From Promethearchaeota archaeon (GTDB taxonomy: Archaea > Asgardarchaeota > Lokiarchaeia > Sigyniarchaeales > SOKP01): a stretch of DNA of 61,000 nt. Positions 1-10,803 of the stretch are shown piece by piece. A model generated the notes under the pieces. That model saw only the letters and a list, made by a program, of their open reading frames with translations. It had not been told where the DNA came from and did no database searches. Within the stretch, counting starts at the first letter, position 1. Every line of letters starts with the position of its first letter. The translations under genes were made by a program, and so were the position numbers. Location: positions 1 through 61,000 of the forward strand of contig JBHLME010000007.1 in NCBI GenBank assembly GCA_048938445.1. The letters run 5' to 3'.

Positions 1-124
1 CTTTTTTTTTATTAAAATATGTTTTTATTTTAAAATATCATAAAGTTTTATATTTAATGGTCTTTTATTAATTCTTTAGCCAATTGGAACTTCAATGTAT
101 TAATAATAATTTAACAAAAGATTG

Positions 125-1345
125 ATGCAAATGATAAGTAATTCAAAAAAGCAATTAAAAAATAATCAGATTCATTTCAATAGTAAGATTAGTAAAAGAA
201 AACAAAAGTTAATTACCAAATATGGTGGTTTAATTGAACAAGCTATGAATAAAATTGAAACAGAACAAAATCTAGGACGATTTCTTAGAATTGAACTGGG
301 ATCTTATTTCTATGATATTATAGGTGCATGGATTAAATACAAAACAAGAGAAATTGACAAACCTACTTTAATAAACCATTGCATCAATATGTTAGGAAAT
401 AAGTTCATCGATATATTCATTCAAAAATCACTTTCTGTTTTTAAGGAAAGAAAAAGAAATGTCTATCTTACTTTTTTAGTCATTTTTATATCGGTCTATG
501 CTTTCTGCATGACCTATTTCTTAATTTTAATGCCAGAATTTTATCCAGGAACAAAACCTCAAGGAAATTTCATATTTCCGGGAGACGAAAGACAAGAATG
601 GATATTTACAATGATAATGGCTCCAATATCACTCATAACTTTTTCTTATTTTGCCAGTCTAATACTTCCTCGGTTAACTCTTAGAATTTATACAAAATCT
701 GTAAAAAAAAATCAAAAATTCGGGCTTGTCACTCCACAGCACCTTTTCGGACGTTCATTATATCGAAAATTATTTTTTAGAGCATTAGTTATAGGACTTT
801 TTACATATAACCTGAGTTACACCCTGTCATCCCAGATATTATTCGTTTCGTTCATGAAAAGCGTAGATCCTACTGGTGTTAATTTAATTCCCGATCCTGA
901 ATTGATGATACAAATAATGTGGCTCTCCGTGATTCCGTGTATCTTTATAATTATTCCTGTATGGTTAATGATGGATTTGGGATTAACAAGAACTAAAAAA
1001 ATTGAAGGAGTTGAATCAGAAAGCGTAAATCTTGCGGGAAGCAAGTTTTATAAGGGTATAAAAGGATATGCAGGAATTGGGTTTATTTATAATTTAGTCT
1101 TGTTGATATCTATTTGGATAAGTGATGATGTACCTCTCATAAGAATTATAATGCGTGTTATAAGTCCTATTTTAGTCATCAGTTTTATGTTTCCTTTAGT
1201 TGTATTAATTGATTATAGTAATGAGGCATTTAAACGAAAATTGTGGGAAAAATTAAAGAAATATGAAATAAATAAGAAGTTAAAAATAGTTGTAGAAGAG
1301 GAACCAATCGAAAAGTATGAAGAAATTTATGATTACCTAATTTAA
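125..1345 (+). CDS. Hypothetical polytopic membrane protein (soluble N-terminal region, about 6-7 TM helices)
   Basis: Long ORF with ATG at 125 (TTG at 122). Several 20-aa hydrophobic stretches after residue ~110. No recognised motif. Confidence 0.75.
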   Translation: MQMISNSKKQLKNNQIHFNSKISKRKQKLITKYGGLIEQAMNKIETEQNLGRFLRIELGSYFYDIIGAWIKYKTREIDKPTLINHCINMLGNKFIDIFIQKSLSVFKERKRNVYLTFLVIFISVYAFCMTYFLILMPEFYPGTKPQGNFIFPGDERQEWIFTMIMAPISLITFSYFASLILPRLTLRIYTKSVKKNQKFGLVTPQHLFGRSLYRKLFFRALVIGLFTYNLSYTLSSQILFVSFMKSVDPTGVNLIPDPELMIQIMWLSVIPCIFIIIPVWLMMDLGLTRTKKIEGVESESVNLAGSKFYKGIKGYAGIGFIYNLVLLISIWISDDVPLIRIIMRVISPILVISFMFPLVVLIDYSNEAFKRKLWEKLKKYEINKKLKIVVEEEPIEKYEEIYDYLI

Positions 1346-1635
1346 TAGCTGTTAATAATTTCATAAATTTTACATGTTTAAAATTCCTTAGTATCGCCTA
1401 ATTTAAATTATAAATTTAATATTATCTTAAAATATATTTCTTCCCGTTTGATATCATTAGGTGATCATTGAAACTTTGAATGTATTTTTAAAAAAATAAG
1501 TCTTAATAACTCCAAACCTTTGCTCAATAATCGTTAGAAATGTATTTAACTAAGATATGTAACTATCAGAACATCATGCAACTTATTACATTTTATGAAA
1601 CATAATTTTTTAAATATAGACTATAATTTTTATAT

Positions 1636-2367
1636 ATGGTATTAGATTCATTTGTAATCCTAAATGGTACTTTAAGCCTTATAGTAGTAATAAGTTCTTT
1701 TTTAGCGGGGATATTAATTTTACATAAATATAGAAAATATAAACAAAAAACATTTCTCTATGTAGGCTTTACATCCATAGGTTTATTATCATTTTGGTGG
1801 CCTTCATCTCTTTCCTTTTTAATAGCACTATTTGATGATGTAGGATTACAACCATATCCTTCTGTCTATTTCGTTATTATGGTCTTATTATCTGCTCCGA
1901 CCGTGATATCTTGGATGTTAGCTTTAGATTCTCTCATGGAAAAGAGAAATAAATGGAGAAAATTCTTAATAATATTAATATCACTTGAAGTCATATTCTT
2001 TGAATTGATTTTTATAATCATTGCTGTCTTGAATCCTTTATATATAGGAGATTTAATAAGTCCTGTTGATATTTATTTATTTTTACTTGGATTAATTTTC
2101 TTTATTAATGCGGGTTTGATAATCTCATTAGTTACCATCAGTTTTTCTTTAAATTCTATGAAATCCCCCTTACCTGAAATACGACTTAAAGCAATTTTAA
2201 TTCTAATAAGTGGAATGCTTTTCTTAGTATGTACTTTTGCTGATGGAATTATCCACCTAAATATTATAGCTTTAACAGTTATTAGACTCTTACTGATCCT
2301 AACTGTTTTTATAATGTATTGTGGTTTTCATTTACCAAACTTCCTAAAAAAAATCTTATTAAAATAA
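1636..2367 (+). CDS. 7TM integral membrane protein, paralog of 3641-4369
   Basis: Seven hydrophobic segments. Shares KY..K.K.FL..G..SIG, KS..PEI.LK and Y.G..LP...KKI motifs with 3641-4369. Confidence 0.8.
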   Translation: MVLDSFVILNGTLSLIVVISSFLAGILILHKYRKYKQKTFLYVGFTSIGLLSFWWPSSLSFLIALFDDVGLQPYPSVYFVIMVLLSAPTVISWMLALDSLMEKRNKWRKFLIILISLEVIFFELIFIIIAVLNPLYIGDLISPVDIYLFLLGLIFFINAGLIISLVTISFSLNSMKSPLPEIRLKAILILISGMLFLVCTFADGIIHLNIIALTVIRLLLILTVFIMYCGFHLPNFLKKILLK

Positions 2368-2439
2368 CCTTATAATATTATTTTAGTTGCTTTTAAAATT
2401 AGGTTAAAGAAAGGGGCTTTTAGATAATATAAAAATTTC

Positions 2440-3279
2440 TTAAAATAATCCAAGAAAATCTGTAAATTTATCTGTTTTGTAAAGCTCGATATTGAATCTT
2501 TTTTCGACTATATCTGCCAAATATGATAAATATGGAACTGGTATCTGAATTTTAAATTCATTTTCAAAAAATTCTAAGGCTTTTTTCATTGTAAAAGGAT
2601 TTTTTTTATTATAATTCTTGTTAAAACCAATTAAAGCTTCAACTAGCTTAAATATTTTATATATCTCATCTTTAATTATGATTATGCTTATCTCAGGATC
2701 ATTTTCCGAGAAAAATTTTTGAACAATAGCACGTTCAATCTTTAAATCTTTTTCATTGATTAATTTATCATTATCATTAACAACATTTACACCCTCGAGT
2801 ACTAAAAAATCTCCATATTTATTTTTTTCTTTAATATATTCACTTTCATCAATACAAAATAATTCAAGATTAAAGGAGTCAGAAGTAATATTTATGAAAA
2901 ATTCCAAAATATTTCTTGAGAGTAATTCATTATTGGATATAATAGCAATCTTTTTCCCAATGAATATTCCTTTCAACACGTGAACCATTAATGAAGGTAA
3001 TACACTGAGTCGGATTATATCTATATCATAATTTGCAGAAAGCGAAAATGGCTCTTCAGTTTTAATTTTACCCTTAGGTAACTCGATTTTAAAATCACAG
3101 ACATAGCAGTCTTTTATTTTCAGATCTTTGTCGATAAACACTATGAAAGAATGTTCACATATCGTATCTTGTGCTATATCTACAACAGTAACATTACGAT
3201 GGGAGGATTCTACCATGTTATCTTTGATTTGTATTTGCCCCGTTCTTTTACAAGCAGGACAAGAGATATCTACATTCAT
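2440..3279 (-). CDS. Zn-finger (CPAC...CEH) protein with possible DENN-like core, paralog of 4579-5439
   Basis: N-terminal CPAC and CEHSF. Alignable over its full length with 4579-5439 (LPSLMV.VLKGIF.GKKI, IE.AIVQKFFSE.D). Confidence 0.8.
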   Translation of the reverse strand: MNVDISCPACKRTGQIQIKDNMVESSHRNVTVVDIAQDTICEHSFIVFIDKDLKIKDCYVCDFKIELPKGKIKTEEPFSLSANYDIDIIRLSVLPSLMVHVLKGIFIGKKIAIISNNELLSRNILEFFINITSDSFNLELFCIDESEYIKEKNKYGDFLVLEGVNVVNDNDKLINEKDLKIERAIVQKFFSENDPEISIIIIKDEIYKIFKLVEALIGFNKNYNKKNPFTMKKALEFFENEFKIQIPVPYLSYLADIVEKRFNIELYKTDKFTDFLGLF

Positions 3280-3640
3280 GAGGTAATCATTTTTCTATAT
3301 TACTTAAAACTAATTCTAATAATTATTATAAATAATAATCATGCTTTTTATTTTTATGTCAATAACCTTATATAAATAAAATTCGAATTTTTATTATGAT
3401 TTTAATCTCACTATAATTATCATCATTTTGAAGGTATTGTTGTTATGGTGATTGAATATCTCTTTCTCAAAAAAATAGTAAATTCGCTACTAAGTTTTCT
3501 TATATTCAATAATCACTCAAACTATGATTTTAAAAATGAGAAGCTAAAAAGGATATATTTAAAACAAATTATTTGAAGAGATGTGAAAGTTGAAAATTAA
3601 TGAGCCTATAAAATCAATAAAAAAAAGAGGGGAATTTTAT

Positions 3641-4369
3641 TTATTTTATAAAAATTTTTTTTACTCTTTCTGGCAAGATCAATCCCAGATAAAATGAGAG
3701 AGCACTTATAATGGCAATTATTCTGGCAAGTATCACTAGTATAACGATATCTTGTTGAAGCAGATCAATGAGAGTTCCTATGGGGTATAATATAAGAGCA
3801 ATGAGTAAAAATATCCCTTTTAGTTTTATTTCGGGAATATCTGATTTTAAAGTATACATAGCGAAAATAAAGAAAGGTAAGATCCATAATATTAAATTTA
3901 CAAGGTTTAAGAGAATGAATGGTGGGTAAAAAGTCATCTTAACGGCATTATCAACTTCTGCGAGACTTGATGCATTACCAGTGAATATAAAATTATAAAG
4001 CATTATCAAGTAGAAAGAGTACCACGCAACAACCATTATTAAGATGATTTTTCTTCGTTTTTGAAAGGCAAGTTCTGTAATACCGAGATACCAAAGTGTT
4101 GTAAAAATTGCGAGGGGGGTGAATCCTAATAATAAATTAAATTCAACAGGTAATAAAATACCCCCCGTCCCTAAGGAATATATGACATTAACAACAACGG
4201 GAAGGTAGTGAAAATATTGCCCGATGCTCGCCAATCCTATAAAGAGAAAACTTTTAGATTTCAGTGTAAAATATTTTGACGCAATTACTAATGCAACTAA
4301 TATTGAAATTATTAAAAATATAAGAGTACTTATCCCAGTAATTAATTCAAAATCTGTTATTGGTGCCAT
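3641..4369 (-). CDS. 7TM integral membrane protein, paralog of 1636-2367
   Basis: Seven hydrophobic segments and the same shared motifs as 1636-2367; nearly the same length (242 vs 243 aa). Confidence 0.8.
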   Translation of the reverse strand: MAPITDFELITGISTLIFLIISILVALVIASKYFTLKSKSFLFIGLASIGQYFHYLPVVVNVIYSLGTGGILLPVEFNLLLGFTPLAIFTTLWYLGITELAFQKRRKIILIMVVAWYSFYLIMLYNFIFTGNASSLAEVDNAVKMTFYPPFILLNLVNLILWILPFFIFAMYTLKSDIPEIKLKGIFLLIALILYPIGTLIDLLQQDIVILVILARIIAIISALSFYLGLILPERVKKIFIK

Positions 4370-4578
4370 TTTTCTTCAATTTTTAAAATATTTGATGTTA
4401 TTATAATTTTAGTTCATTAATTTAAACTTTTTTTTTGATTTTTTTTGGAGAACATAGTCATTAATAAGAAGTTTCTCCTCTTATTTCTATAATATTATAG
4501 ATGCTTGGAGTTAATATCTAAAAAGAAGGATATATTTATGCTCATAAAGAAATTAATGATTAGCATAGTTCTTTACTA

Positions 4579-5439
4579 CTATAGTACTCCAAAAAAATCA
4601 ATTACTTTATCCGTTCTATGGAGCACAACATTGAACCTTTTTTCTACTACATTTTCCAGAAATTCGAGAAATGGTATTTGCATTTTAAAATTATATTCTT
4701 TTTCAAAAAAATCCAATGCTTGTTTTAAAGTAAAACGTTTTTTTTCATTAAAATTCTTATTAAATTCAATTAAAGCTTGAGATAAAATATATATCTTATT
4801 TATTTCATTTTTAATTAAAATTACACTGATTTTCGAGTCAGGTTCAGAAAAAAACTTCTGCACTATCGCCCCTTCAATTTTTATGTTTTTTTCATTGATA
4901 ATTTTATCCTTATCATTTATAACAGACGTGCTATCAAGAATTAAAGAATCTTTATACAATTTTTTATTTTTTTTATACTCTACTCTATCAGCTGCTCTCA
5001 ATTCAAGAGGAAAAGAATCATTTGTAATGTTTTTAAAGAATCCAAGGAAATTATTAGAAATAAATTCATTGTGAGAAATTATGATGATTTTTTTACCCAT
5101 GAAGATTCCTTTCAGCACGTTGACCATCAATGAAGGTAATAAATTAAGTTTAATGATATCTACATCATAATCTTTAGAAGCAACAAATTCTTCATAGGTT
5201 TTTATTTCTACTATAGGAAGGTCTATTTTAAAATCACAGATAAATGAATCTCTTATGGCCAGATTTCTATCAATATAAGCTACAAAGGAATGTTCACATA
5301 CCAGATCTTCTGCTACATTTACAGCAGTAATACCCCGATTGGATGAAAGTATTATCTCTTTTTTAATTTGTATATATCCCTTTGTATTACATGCTGGACA
5401 AGTTATTTTTATATCTATGAGTGAATCGCTATCTGTCAT
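4579..5439 (-). CDS. Zn-finger (CPAC...CEH) protein with possible DENN-like core, paralog of 2440-3279
   Basis: CPAC and CEHSF motifs; full-length similarity to 2440-3279. Confidence 0.8.
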   Translation of the reverse strand: MTDSDSLIDIKITCPACNTKGYIQIKKEIILSSNRGITAVNVAEDLVCEHSFVAYIDRNLAIRDSFICDFKIDLPIVEIKTYEEFVASKDYDVDIIKLNLLPSLMVNVLKGIFMGKKIIIISHNEFISNNFLGFFKNITNDSFPLELRAADRVEYKKNKKLYKDSLILDSTSVINDKDKIINEKNIKIEGAIVQKFFSEPDSKISVILIKNEINKIYILSQALIEFNKNFNEKKRFTLKQALDFFEKEYNFKMQIPFLEFLENVVEKRFNVVLHRTDKVIDFFGVL

Positions 5440-5592
5440 TCTTAAAAACCAATCTTTTAGATGACATTAATCTCCTTTTACATATTTATTTTTAATTTTT
5501 TTATATATTATAAAATTTAAAAAATGGAATACTTACTTAAAAATTAATTAATCTTCTGAGAAGATTAAACAAAAAACCATTGTTAAATAGTA

Positions 5593-6501
5593 TTATAAAA
5601 GAATATATCCCTTCTCTATTGGTTCTACTAGTTTCTTGTCTAGGAATTTATTTAAATGATAATGAATCATTATCTTTTCAGCAATAATTTCATATTCTTT
5701 AAATACACCATAAAATTTGTATATAATATTCTTATTTCCAAGATCTTCAGCATTCTTCGGAGTTGTTTCAGAAAGTCCCGCTAATATTAAATCGTCTCTT
5801 TCATGAATTTTTGATAAATAATCATTTAACTTGTCTTTTATCACTCTTGAACCAGTAAATAATCCTTTATGACTTGTAATAGCAAATTCAATATCTAATT
5901 TCATTAATTTTTTAATAGATTCTTCAAAATCAATTACACTTGAGTCTATGCCCGCATACCAAGGTCCAAAACTGGTTAAATCGATATCAGAGAGAAAAGC
6001 AATTTTGGAATTTAATTCAAGAAAACAACAATGTCCTGCGGAATGTCCGGGTGTATGAATTACTTTAACCTGTAAATCATCTCCGATTGAAATTATTTCA
6101 TCATCATTAAAAACAGATTCAATACTCGTGTTTACCATGTTTAACATTTTATACAACCCATCATATAAATTCTCTACTGGAGTATCGATAATACCGTAAA
6201 ATTCATCCATTTTTTTGATATCTTCTATTATGTGTTTATCATTAGGATGGCAGTAAAATTTCGCATTCTCTAGCATGTTATTCCCTGCGATATGGTCCTC
6301 ATGCCAATGGCTCAGAAACACTTTATTAATAGGATATTGTTTGCGCAATTTTCTTACTCGTCTATCAGATATTCCTGTATCAAAAAGACATTCTTCAATT
6401 AACAGTGAATTTGAAAAAGGGTATCGACCATCCCTTTCACCAGTAATAAAAAAAATATTCTCATGATCTTCTGAAATGAGGGAAATGAAATCATTCATCA
6501 T
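5593..6501 (-). CDS. MBL-fold metallo-hydrolase
   Basis: FDTG, HxHxDH (SHWHEDH), HTPGHS and a distal SH motif. Confidence 0.9.
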   Translation of the reverse strand: MMNDFISLISEDHENIFFITGERDGRYPFSNSLLIEECLFDTGISDRRVRKLRKQYPINKVFLSHWHEDHIAGNNMLENAKFYCHPNDKHIIEDIKKMDEFYGIIDTPVENLYDGLYKMLNMVNTSIESVFNDDEIISIGDDLQVKVIHTPGHSAGHCCFLELNSKIAFLSDIDLTSFGPWYAGIDSSVIDFEESIKKLMKLDIEFAITSHKGLFTGSRVIKDKLNDYLSKIHERDDLILAGLSETTPKNAEDLGNKNIIYKFYGVFKEYEIIAEKIMIHYHLNKFLDKKLVEPIEKGYILL

Positions 6502-6646
6502 ATAATATTCTTAATAAATACATTACAAAATAAAAGAACTTAATTATTAATAAAATTTTAATTTTCATTTTTTTTATATATTTGATTAAATAATAGCTGC
6601 CTTTATGTAGAAGGACTTTTTATTTCCAAAAAATTCAGCAAATTTC

Positions 6647-8380
6647 TTATTTAAGAAGTAATATAAAATTAGATCCTTCTTTATATCTTCCTTTTATTCG
6701 ATCTTGAACTTTAATCGTTCCTCCATATCCTTCAATTATCGTTTTTACAAGAGAGAGTCCTATTCCCATACCTCCCTCACTCTTATCTTGAATAATACCC
6801 TTTTCGAAAATCTGATTTTTTCTATTGTTTTCGATACCTTTCCCATTATCTATGAATTCAAGTTTTAAGCCGAAATGATCCTTATTATGTATTTTTGATA
6901 TCTTAATCCATATCTTTTTAACATAACTATTATTGTGAATTATTGCATTTTTTAAGATATTTTCAAATGCATCTTGTAATAGAGATCCTCCTCTAACTAT
7001 TATTTCCCCTTCAGGGAATTCTGTAAGGATCTTTATTTTTTTATCATTGAATTGTACATTCATATTAGCTATTGCATTATTAATTAATTCTTTTAGATCA
7101 ATATTTTTTCCTGAATCTATTTCTTTTCCAAAATTAGATAATTGACCTATTCTAGAGACTAATGAAGAACCCTTTGTAGTATTCATCCTTATTATTTTAA
7201 TTAATTCCCGAAAGTCATTTGTTTTTTCCACTATATCTTTATTTACTTCTATTAAATTCAAGGACAATTGTAGGCTATGAAAAACATTTGCTATATCATG
7301 AACTAATAAATCCCTGTAAAAATCTGAACGATCAAGAGCACTTTTCAGTTCTATTTTTTGTTTCTTTAAAGAATTTTTAATGTTTTCTTGTTCTTGGAGC
7401 AATTTATTTAGAATTAAATTACTATAGCTTAATTCTGAGATTATGGTAGCAAATTTAGTTAAAAACTCTATGGTATTAATAATTTTTTCTTTACTCCATC
7501 GAGGCACCTCATCTAACGCTTTTAGATATAATTCCTTATTGAAACCATATTGTTCTGCTTGTTTTTCGAAGAAATCATAATCAATTTCTTCTTCCTTAAA
7601 GAAAAATTGTCCAACAAAAAGTGTTCCCATGCGTTTTTCTCCTACCATTATGGGCGTGGCTATATCCCACATCTTATTCTTACATTTATATATTGAATAT
7701 TTACCTGGTGTGAGATCTTCTATTAGATGTGTATCACTCTCAGTACAATTCTTCAATGTTAATGGATGTACTCTGTGAAATTTAATGCAAATATCTTGCC
7801 AGTTTGTAACTGCAAGGATATTTCCTTTCATATCCATTATTCCAACACCTATTTTCGTAAGCTTATAAAAGTCATCCAAAAGCCCCTGCAATTCAGATTT
7901 ATTTATTAAACTTCCAATATCTTCTTCGGATAACTCATAATTAGGAGAGATAATTTTATTATAATCTATTTTAATTTTATCTAAAAAAGTATCATATCTA
8001 GTTATTTCTCGAATGAGAATTAAGTATAAAGTTCCTTCTTTCCATTCAACTTTTTGTATATTAACTTCTATTGGAATATTTCTATTATTTTTTGTGATTA
8101 AAAAAGATTCAAATTTTTTGGGTTCCCCATTTCTTTTAATAGAATCACTTAAAATCTCATTCATTTCGTTCCAATTATTTGGATGGATTATGTCTTTAAA
8201 TGATATTTTCTTTAATTCATTTTTTTCAAACCCAACTATTTCTTTAGCTTTTCTATTTGAATAAAGAAATTTTCCCTCTTCATCAATTACGAAGTATCCT
8301 TCATTTGCATTTTCGACTAAACTTTTAAAGATATTACTATCCATATATCCAAAATATATCCTTTTGCATAAATTATACAT
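6647..8380 (-). CDS. PAS + PocR-like sensor histidine kinase (cytoplasmic)
   Basis: N-terminal PAS (LVENANEGYFVIDEEGKFLYSN, IIHP). Central PocR-like region (LQGLLDDF, C..FHR.HP....C.ESD, YKC...WDIATPI...G.LFVGQ). H-box HDIAN, N-box NILKNAIIH, DNGKGI, GMGIGL. Confidence 0.9.
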   Translation of the reverse strand: MYNLCKRIYFGYMDSNIFKSLVENANEGYFVIDEEGKFLYSNRKAKEIVGFEKNELKKISFKDIIHPNNWNEMNEILSDSIKRNGEPKKFESFLITKNNRNIPIEVNIQKVEWKEGTLYLILIREITRYDTFLDKIKIDYNKIISPNYELSEEDIGSLINKSELQGLLDDFYKLTKIGVGIMDMKGNILAVTNWQDICIKFHRVHPLTLKNCTESDTHLIEDLTPGKYSIYKCKNKMWDIATPIMVGEKRMGTLFVGQFFFKEEEIDYDFFEKQAEQYGFNKELYLKALDEVPRWSKEKIINTIEFLTKFATIISELSYSNLILNKLLQEQENIKNSLKKQKIELKSALDRSDFYRDLLVHDIANVFHSLQLSLNLIEVNKDIVEKTNDFRELIKIIRMNTTKGSSLVSRIGQLSNFGKEIDSGKNIDLKELINNAIANMNVQFNDKKIKILTEFPEGEIIVRGGSLLQDAFENILKNAIIHNNSYVKKIWIKISKIHNKDHFGLKLEFIDNGKGIENNRKNQIFEKGIIQDKSEGGMGIGLSLVKTIIEGYGGTIKVQDRIKGRYKEGSNFILLLK

Positions 8381-8540
8381 TAATTTATTTTTAAAATTTA
8401 AGTATTCAATATATTAACCAAAAATTCAAAGAATGTATTGAATTATCTGGAGAACAATAAAAAAGATATTTTTATAACAGTTTGAACTCATTAAATGATA
8501 GATAGGAATAACAATGCAAATATAAAATATTTGAAAAATT

Positions 8541-10016
8541 TTAATAGCTCTTAGCTATATAAACAGTGCATTGTGCAGGTTCTCCACAAATTATGCAACT
8601 AGCAAACTCGTGCTTTTCTTCGCCAACCTTTTTTCCTCTGATGAACCCACCAACTTCTTTTTCAATTATTTCAGCACAATGATATCCTTTCATGGCAATA
8701 GAACAAAATCCGCAGCATACAATTTTACCATTTTCAATCGCTTCTTTAGCAGAATCTCGTTCATGACAAACTTCAATTTGATCTTCAAAATCAAGTAATG
8801 ACTTCTTTTTTATTTCTTTCGTGAAATTTTTAGCTATATCATCAATTTTTTTATTTAAATCACTTTCTTTGATAAATAATTTTTTACCATCGTGTCTCTT
8901 TACAATTACAACTTGATTTTTTTCAAGATCTTTAGGACCAATTTCAATTCTAATTGGAACGCCTTTCATCTCCCATAAATAAAATTTACTTCCCGGTGAG
9001 CCTTCAGATTCGTCCAATTTAACTCTGAATTTTAAATTTAATTCATTTGCAACTTTCTTGCATTTCTCTAAAACTTCTTTTTCTTTCCCTTTGACTATAA
9101 TTGGTATGATGACTATTTGAATTGGAGCTAAATCAAAAGGTAAAACTAAGCCTTTATCATCTCCAAGATATGCAATTAATGCACCATAAATCCTACTTAT
9201 CGCTGGTCCATAGCATGTTTGATAGCAATATTTTTTCTGTCCATCAACATCGGTAAACTTCACATTAAATGGCTTAGAAAAATTCTGTCCTAGTAAATGT
9301 GTAGAGGGAAGCTGTAATACTTTCCCAGAGCCCATTAAGGCATCAGCAGCATATGTATGGACTGCGCCCGCAAACTTGTCCCATTCAGGTCTCTGAAAAA
9401 ATATAATTGGTATGCAAAACTCGTCTTGCAGCATTTGATAAGTCATCTCCATATCTTCAAGTACTTGATTTTTAGCTTCTTCTTCAGTGGCAAAACAATT
9501 ATGAGCTTCAATCCAGTGAAATTCTCTCCCTCTAAAAAAAGGACGGGTCATTTTACCCTCATAACGCCAAACTTGACAAGATTGATATCTTTTAAATGGC
9601 AAATCATTATAACTTCTAATCCAATAAGCATACATTTTATATAAAGCAGTCTCGCTTGTAGGACGAAGCGCCAATCGCTCTTCAAAAGGTCCCGAACTTC
9701 CCGCTTCAGTCACCCAAAACACTTCTGGGGCAAAACCCTCCACGTGTTCAGTCTCTAAGTGGAAATTACTTTCTGGGATGAGAGAAGGCATCACAAGAGG
9801 AAGATGTCCATTTTTATCTAAAAGGTCTTCATATTTCTGGTACATTTTTTTTATTGTAATCGTTGCCCAAGGAAGATAACAGACGAATCCTTTGATATTG
9901 TATCTAATATCTGCGAGTTCACATTTATTTATTAAATCCGTATACCACGCAGAAAAATCTTCCTCTTTCGAAACAGTGATTCCCGTGATAGGTGCTTCTT
10001 TTTTCTTTTTTGCCAT
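8541..10016 (-). CDS. proS: Proline--tRNA ligase, archaeal/eukaryotic type
   Basis: FSAWY, HVEGFAPEV, LRPTSET, FFRGREFHW.EAH, HLLGQNFSK, WEMKGVPIRIEIG and C-terminal AKSY. ATG at 10016 (GTG alternative at 10025). Confidence 0.97.
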   Translation of the reverse strand: MAKKKKEAPITGITVSKEEDFSAWYTDLINKCELADIRYNIKGFVCYLPWATITIKKMYQKYEDLLDKNGHLPLVMPSLIPESNFHLETEHVEGFAPEVFWVTEAGSSGPFEERLALRPTSETALYKMYAYWIRSYNDLPFKRYQSCQVWRYEGKMTRPFFRGREFHWIEAHNCFATEEEAKNQVLEDMEMTYQMLQDEFCIPIIFFQRPEWDKFAGAVHTYAADALMGSGKVLQLPSTHLLGQNFSKPFNVKFTDVDGQKKYCYQTCYGPAISRIYGALIAYLGDDKGLVLPFDLAPIQIVIIPIIVKGKEKEVLEKCKKVANELNLKFRVKLDESEGSPGSKFYLWEMKGVPIRIEIGPKDLEKNQVVIVKRHDGKKLFIKESDLNKKIDDIAKNFTKEIKKKSLLDFEDQIEVCHERDSAKEAIENGKIVCCGFCSIAMKGYHCAEIIEKEVGGFIRGKKVGEEKHEFASCIICGEPAQCTVYIAKSY

Positions 10017-10244
10017 CGTAATCACGATTATAAATATATTAAAAATTAAATATTTAACGTATAGATTAACAAAATCTAATTATGACCTAAAGTTGTATTG
10101 TCCAAATTTAGGATTTGTTAAAATATAGTAATGTTACTATTGAATTGATGACAAATTTAGATATATTTTTGAATAAACATTACAAAATTTAATGTTTTAA
10201 TGCAATTCAATATCTTCTTAATTAAAGTATTACTATGGTGAAAT

Positions 10245-10793
10245 ATGAGTGAGAAATTATTGAATGATGGGATAATTGCTGCTTATACCAAGCGACTTGA
10301 AAATATGAATAAATATAAATTCACTGAAAAAGGAGATGAACTTTATATCTCGACTTTAGTCGCAGAGGTAGAACAAATTAAAGATCTCCACGTTAAAAGT
10401 AATATTGGTGATATATCGATTGAATGTGATGCTCCTAAAGATTTGGGGGGTTCTGGAAATTATTCAACCGCTATGAAATTACTCTTAGCATCCTTAGCAA
10501 ATTGCCTGGAAATCTCAGGTTTATTATATTTTACTTTCGCTAATGTAAAGATTAATTCATTAAAGGTAAAAGTCGAGGGAACTTATGATAAACGGGCTGT
10601 TTTGAATAATAAACAGGCCCCTTTACCGGGATTTTATAATTATAAAATTACTTGGTATATTGACTCAGATGAGAAACTAAAAAAAATTCAGCAGGTGCTC
10701 AAAAAAGTGGAGAGAAATTGCCCTGTTAGAGGATCTCTAGACCGACCTCATGAATTTTCAGAAGAATTAGTAATTGTAAATAAAAACGAGTAA
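10245..10793 (+). CDS. OsmC/Ohr family protein
   Basis: D.P..LGG.G, LLASLANC and a second Cys in ERNCPV. Confidence 0.85.
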   Translation: MSEKLLNDGIIAAYTKRLENMNKYKFTEKGDELYISTLVAEVEQIKDLHVKSNIGDISIECDAPKDLGGSGNYSTAMKLLLASLANCLEISGLLYFTFANVKINSLKVKVEGTYDKRAVLNNKQAPLPGFYNYKITWYIDSDEKLKKIQQVLKKVERNCPVRGSLDRPHEFSEELVIVNKNE

Positions 10794-10803
10794 TAATAAG
10801 ACA

